Below, piece by piece: positions 61,703 to 64,000 of a stretch of DNA of 64,000 nt; position 1 is the stretch's first letter; the number at the start of each line of letters is the position of its first letter. Under the pieces are notes generated by a model that made no database searches, was not told where the DNA came from, and saw nothing but the letters and a program-made list of their open reading frames with translations. The stretch comes from an uncultured delta proteobacterium (GTDB lineage Bacteria; Myxococcota_A; Polyangia; Polyangiales; Houyiibacteriaceae), in NCBI GenBank assembly GCA_963699755.1, contig CAVOVB010000003.1, forward strand, positions 288,001 to 352,000. The letters are read 5' to 3'. Position numbers and translations under genes: made by a program.

Positions 61703-62537
61703 AGAGGTCCCAAGCATCTTCGTAGTGCGCTTGCCACTCGGCTACACCCACACTCACGGTGACCTCGATCGGCGAGCCCTCGAATTCGAATCGTGTGTCT
61801 CCGATCAATCGATTGATTTTGCCTGCGAGCTCTTTCGCGCCATCGAGGCCTACCTCCGGCGTGATGAGGGCGAACTCTTCGCCCCCCACTCGTGCCAACA
61901 CATCGTTGACGCGAAGCCTCCCCAGGAGGACGGCGCCGAGCTGTCGCAAGATGGCGTCGCCCGCCAAGTGACCGAAGCGATCGTTGACGGCTTTGAAGTG
62001 ATCGAGATCGAAGACCAGTAGGGAGAAGGTTCGCTTGTACCTTTTCGCTCGAGCGACCTCCCGGTCGAGCATCTCGTCGAAGTATCGCTTGTTGTTGAGC
62101 TGCGTGAGGCCGTCGGTGGTCATCAGCCGGTAGATCTCTTCGTGGTATTGAACTTCCACATCGTCTCCGACGATGAACTTCAAGATCGTGCGCCCGACCT
62201 TGAGCTGGTCGCCATGGCGCAGGCGCCCTTGGGGTTCGATCAGGTCGTCGTTCACGTAGGTCCCATTGGTCGAGCCCAGATCGCGAACGAGGAACCCTCC
62301 ATCCTCGAAACGAATTTGACAGTGTTTTCGAGAGACGCTCTCTTGGTCGATTGGAACTTCACAGTTGGGTGAGCGCCCAATGGTCAGAGGTTCAGCGCCG
62401 ACCTGTACGCGGCGACCCATCTCGTGCCCATAGATGACGATGAGACATCCATTCTGGTTGGCAGGACGCGGGCGAGCGTCTCCGGCCTCGGTCAGGACAG
62501 TCTGGCTGGCGCTCGTCGTCTGATCTTTGAACGACAC
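61638..62537 (-). CDS. FHA-domain diguanylate cyclase
   Basis: FHA IGRS..SRKH..STNGT; DLDHFK.VND..GH; RVND I-site; GGEEF; start inferred at GTG 62537. Confidence 0.92.
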   Translation of the reverse strand: MSFKDQTTSASQTVLTEAGDARPRPANQNGCLIVIYGHEMGRRVQVGAEPLTIGRSPNCEVPIDQESVSRKHCQIRFEDGGFLVRDLGSTNGTYVNDDLIEPQGRLRHGDQLKVGRTILKFIVGDDVEVQYHEEIYRLMTTDGLTQLNNKRYFDEMLDREVARAKRYKRTFSLLVFDLDHFKAVNDRFGHLAGDAILRQLGAVLLGRLRVNDVLARVGGEEFALITPEVGLDGAKELAGKINRLIGDTRFEFEGSPIEVTVSVGVAEWQAHYEDAWDLFKAADDKMYEAKRAGRNQVCS

Positions 62538-62648
62538 TCTTTGAATATACAGCCGAGGGGGCCCGGAGCGAAAATCAGCGACAGTCGAGTGCAGCCAGAG
62601 CGGACTGTTGGGTTTGTTGACTGCCGCAACCTCGTTCAATAGCGTAGT

Positions 62649-63851
62649 GTGGTGCGCCACGTATTTTCTCACTCCTCGATATGGGGGTTGGCGAGTCTCG
62701 CCCTGCTGCTTGGGACGCCCCAGGCTCTCACGGCCAGCCCGCCTACCGCGCAGCGCGCATCGACGAACGTAGCCCGGCTGGTGACGCCCCCGTTCACGGA
62801 CATCGACATCACCAAGGCCAAGCCTGGTAGTGAGGGATGGGTGGTGCCACGGCGCGACGGAACGCGCGCGGTGCTGACCGTTGACCACGATCTCCAATCT
62901 CACATTCAAAGCTTGTTCAGTCGCTACGACGTGCCTGAGGGGGGTCTGGTCGCGATCGATCCCAAGACAGGGGATGTGCTTGCTTTCGTCGGATACGAAG
63001 CGGGGAAGGGCACCAGCGCGCGGGTGGCGACCGACCCGGGGCCACCGGCTGCGTCGGTGTTCAAGATCATCACCGCGGCAGCTCTACTGGACGCGGGGGT
63101 GAAGAGCTCGACGTCGGTTTGCTATGGCGGAGGGATGCGCGACTTGGTCGCGGCCGATTTGATCGACAGTCCCAAACGCGACCGATGGTGCGCAACGATG
63201 GCCGATGCGCTGGGTTATTCGATCAACGCCGTCTTCGCGAAGCTTGCCGATCGACACATCGATGAGGCGCGCATGGCGCAGTACGTTTCCGCATTCGGTT
63301 TCGGACAGCGCCTGCCCTTCGATCTTCCCACGTCGCCGAGCCCCGCGGACGTGCCGGACAGCCGGCTGGAACGCGCGCGCATGGCGGCCGGATTCTGGCA
63401 CAGCCAACTCTCTCCGCTTCACGCTGCGCTACTCGCATCGACCATTGCCAACGACGGTCAGATGCCTTTCGCAGCCATCGTCGACCGGATCGAAAGCGGT
63501 TCTGGGGATACGCTCTACCAGCACCGGCCACGGAATTTCCGACAGGTCTTGCCGCGAGAGACGGCGCGCCTCACCGGCGAGATGATGACTCGGACCGTGA
63601 CCAAGGGGACTTCCAAGAAAGCGTTCTGGGACTCCAAGGGGCGTCCCTTCCTTCCGGGTATCGGCGTTGCTGGGAAGACCGGAACGCTCAGCCGGTACAA
63701 TCCGCATCGCACGTACAACTGGTGGGTCGGCTACGCTCCTGTGGATGATCCGCAGATCGCCGTCGCCGCGCTCGTCGTGAATGAGCCGAAGTGGCGTATC
63801 AAGGCGAGCTACGTCGCCAAGGAAGCGCTTCAGAACTACCTGCTCCGTTAG
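62649..63851 (+). CDS. Penicillin-binding protein, transpeptidase domain
   Basis: SVFK, SIN, KTG active-site motifs; N-terminal signal/anchor. Confidence 0.9.
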   Translation: MVRHVFSHSSIWGLASLALLLGTPQALTASPPTAQRASTNVARLVTPPFTDIDITKAKPGSEGWVVPRRDGTRAVLTVDHDLQSHIQSLFSRYDVPEGGLVAIDPKTGDVLAFVGYEAGKGTSARVATDPGPPAASVFKIITAAALLDAGVKSSTSVCYGGGMRDLVAADLIDSPKRDRWCATMADALGYSINAVFAKLADRHIDEARMAQYVSAFGFGQRLPFDLPTSPSPADVPDSRLERARMAAGFWHSQLSPLHAALLASTIANDGQMPFAAIVDRIESGSGDTLYQHRPRNFRQVLPRETARLTGEMMTRTVTKGTSKKAFWDSKGRPFLPGIGVAGKTGTLSRYNPHRTYNWWVGYAPVDDPQIAVAALVVNEPKWRIKASYVAKEALQNYLLR

Positions 63852-63941
63852 CGCAGGGACGATCTCGCCCTCTGAGGCGTTGCCGTGTCCGACAGCTGCA
63901 TTAGGCTCTAACTTGCTTCACTACCAAGAAAGGCAAGCTCC

Positions 63942-64000
63942 ATGTCACGTGATATTCGACTTTTCGCGTTCGCGGCACTGACCGCTCTCTCGCTGTTCTC
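63942..64000 (+). CDS. Start of a probable secreted protein, truncated by window end
   Basis: GAAAGG RBS, then MSRDIRLFAFAALTALSLF signal-like sequence. Confidence 0.5.
   Translation, partial: MSRDIRLFAFAALTALSLF

Overview
A gene-dense, GC-rich bacterial chromosomal window. Several features suggest a myxobacterium (Myxococcota, probably Polyangia); this is inference, from a LonD/BsgA-like Lon, an FHA-GGDEF protein, a GYF/AgmX-type pseudokinase and many lipoproteins. It holds about 60 CDS. Housekeeping genes include hemB, thiD, guaB/guaA, pyrF, rlmB, lon, a DEAD-box helicase and a type II topoisomerase A-B pair. Metabolic and accessory genes include PDH E2 plus ACP, a P-type ATPase, a Mo-oxidoreductase, a haloalkane dehalogenase and PPK2. 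There are also ion channels, outer-membrane/lipoprotein clusters, two PilT-family ATPases and a two-component system. I found no rRNA, tRNA, CRISPR array, transposase or phage genes. The best candidates for undescribed biology are: (1) a chromosomal ParA ATPase fused to two tandem Cys-rich TRASH/YHS-like domains, paired with a small ribbon-helix-helix-like partner right after the topoisomerase genes; (2) an intact phosphofructokinase homologue that has lost its catalytic residues; (3) a two-copy non-coding element with terminal inverted repeats, one copy splitting guaB from guaA; (4) tandem Rieske-fused ThDP and FMN enzymes; (5) a PilT pair with complementary His-box losses; (6) a pseudokinase-GYF-TM-AgmX-like protein; (7) an unannotated 46-aa membrane protein in the lon/two-component cluster. 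All family calls come from motif recognition by eye; no database searches were run.
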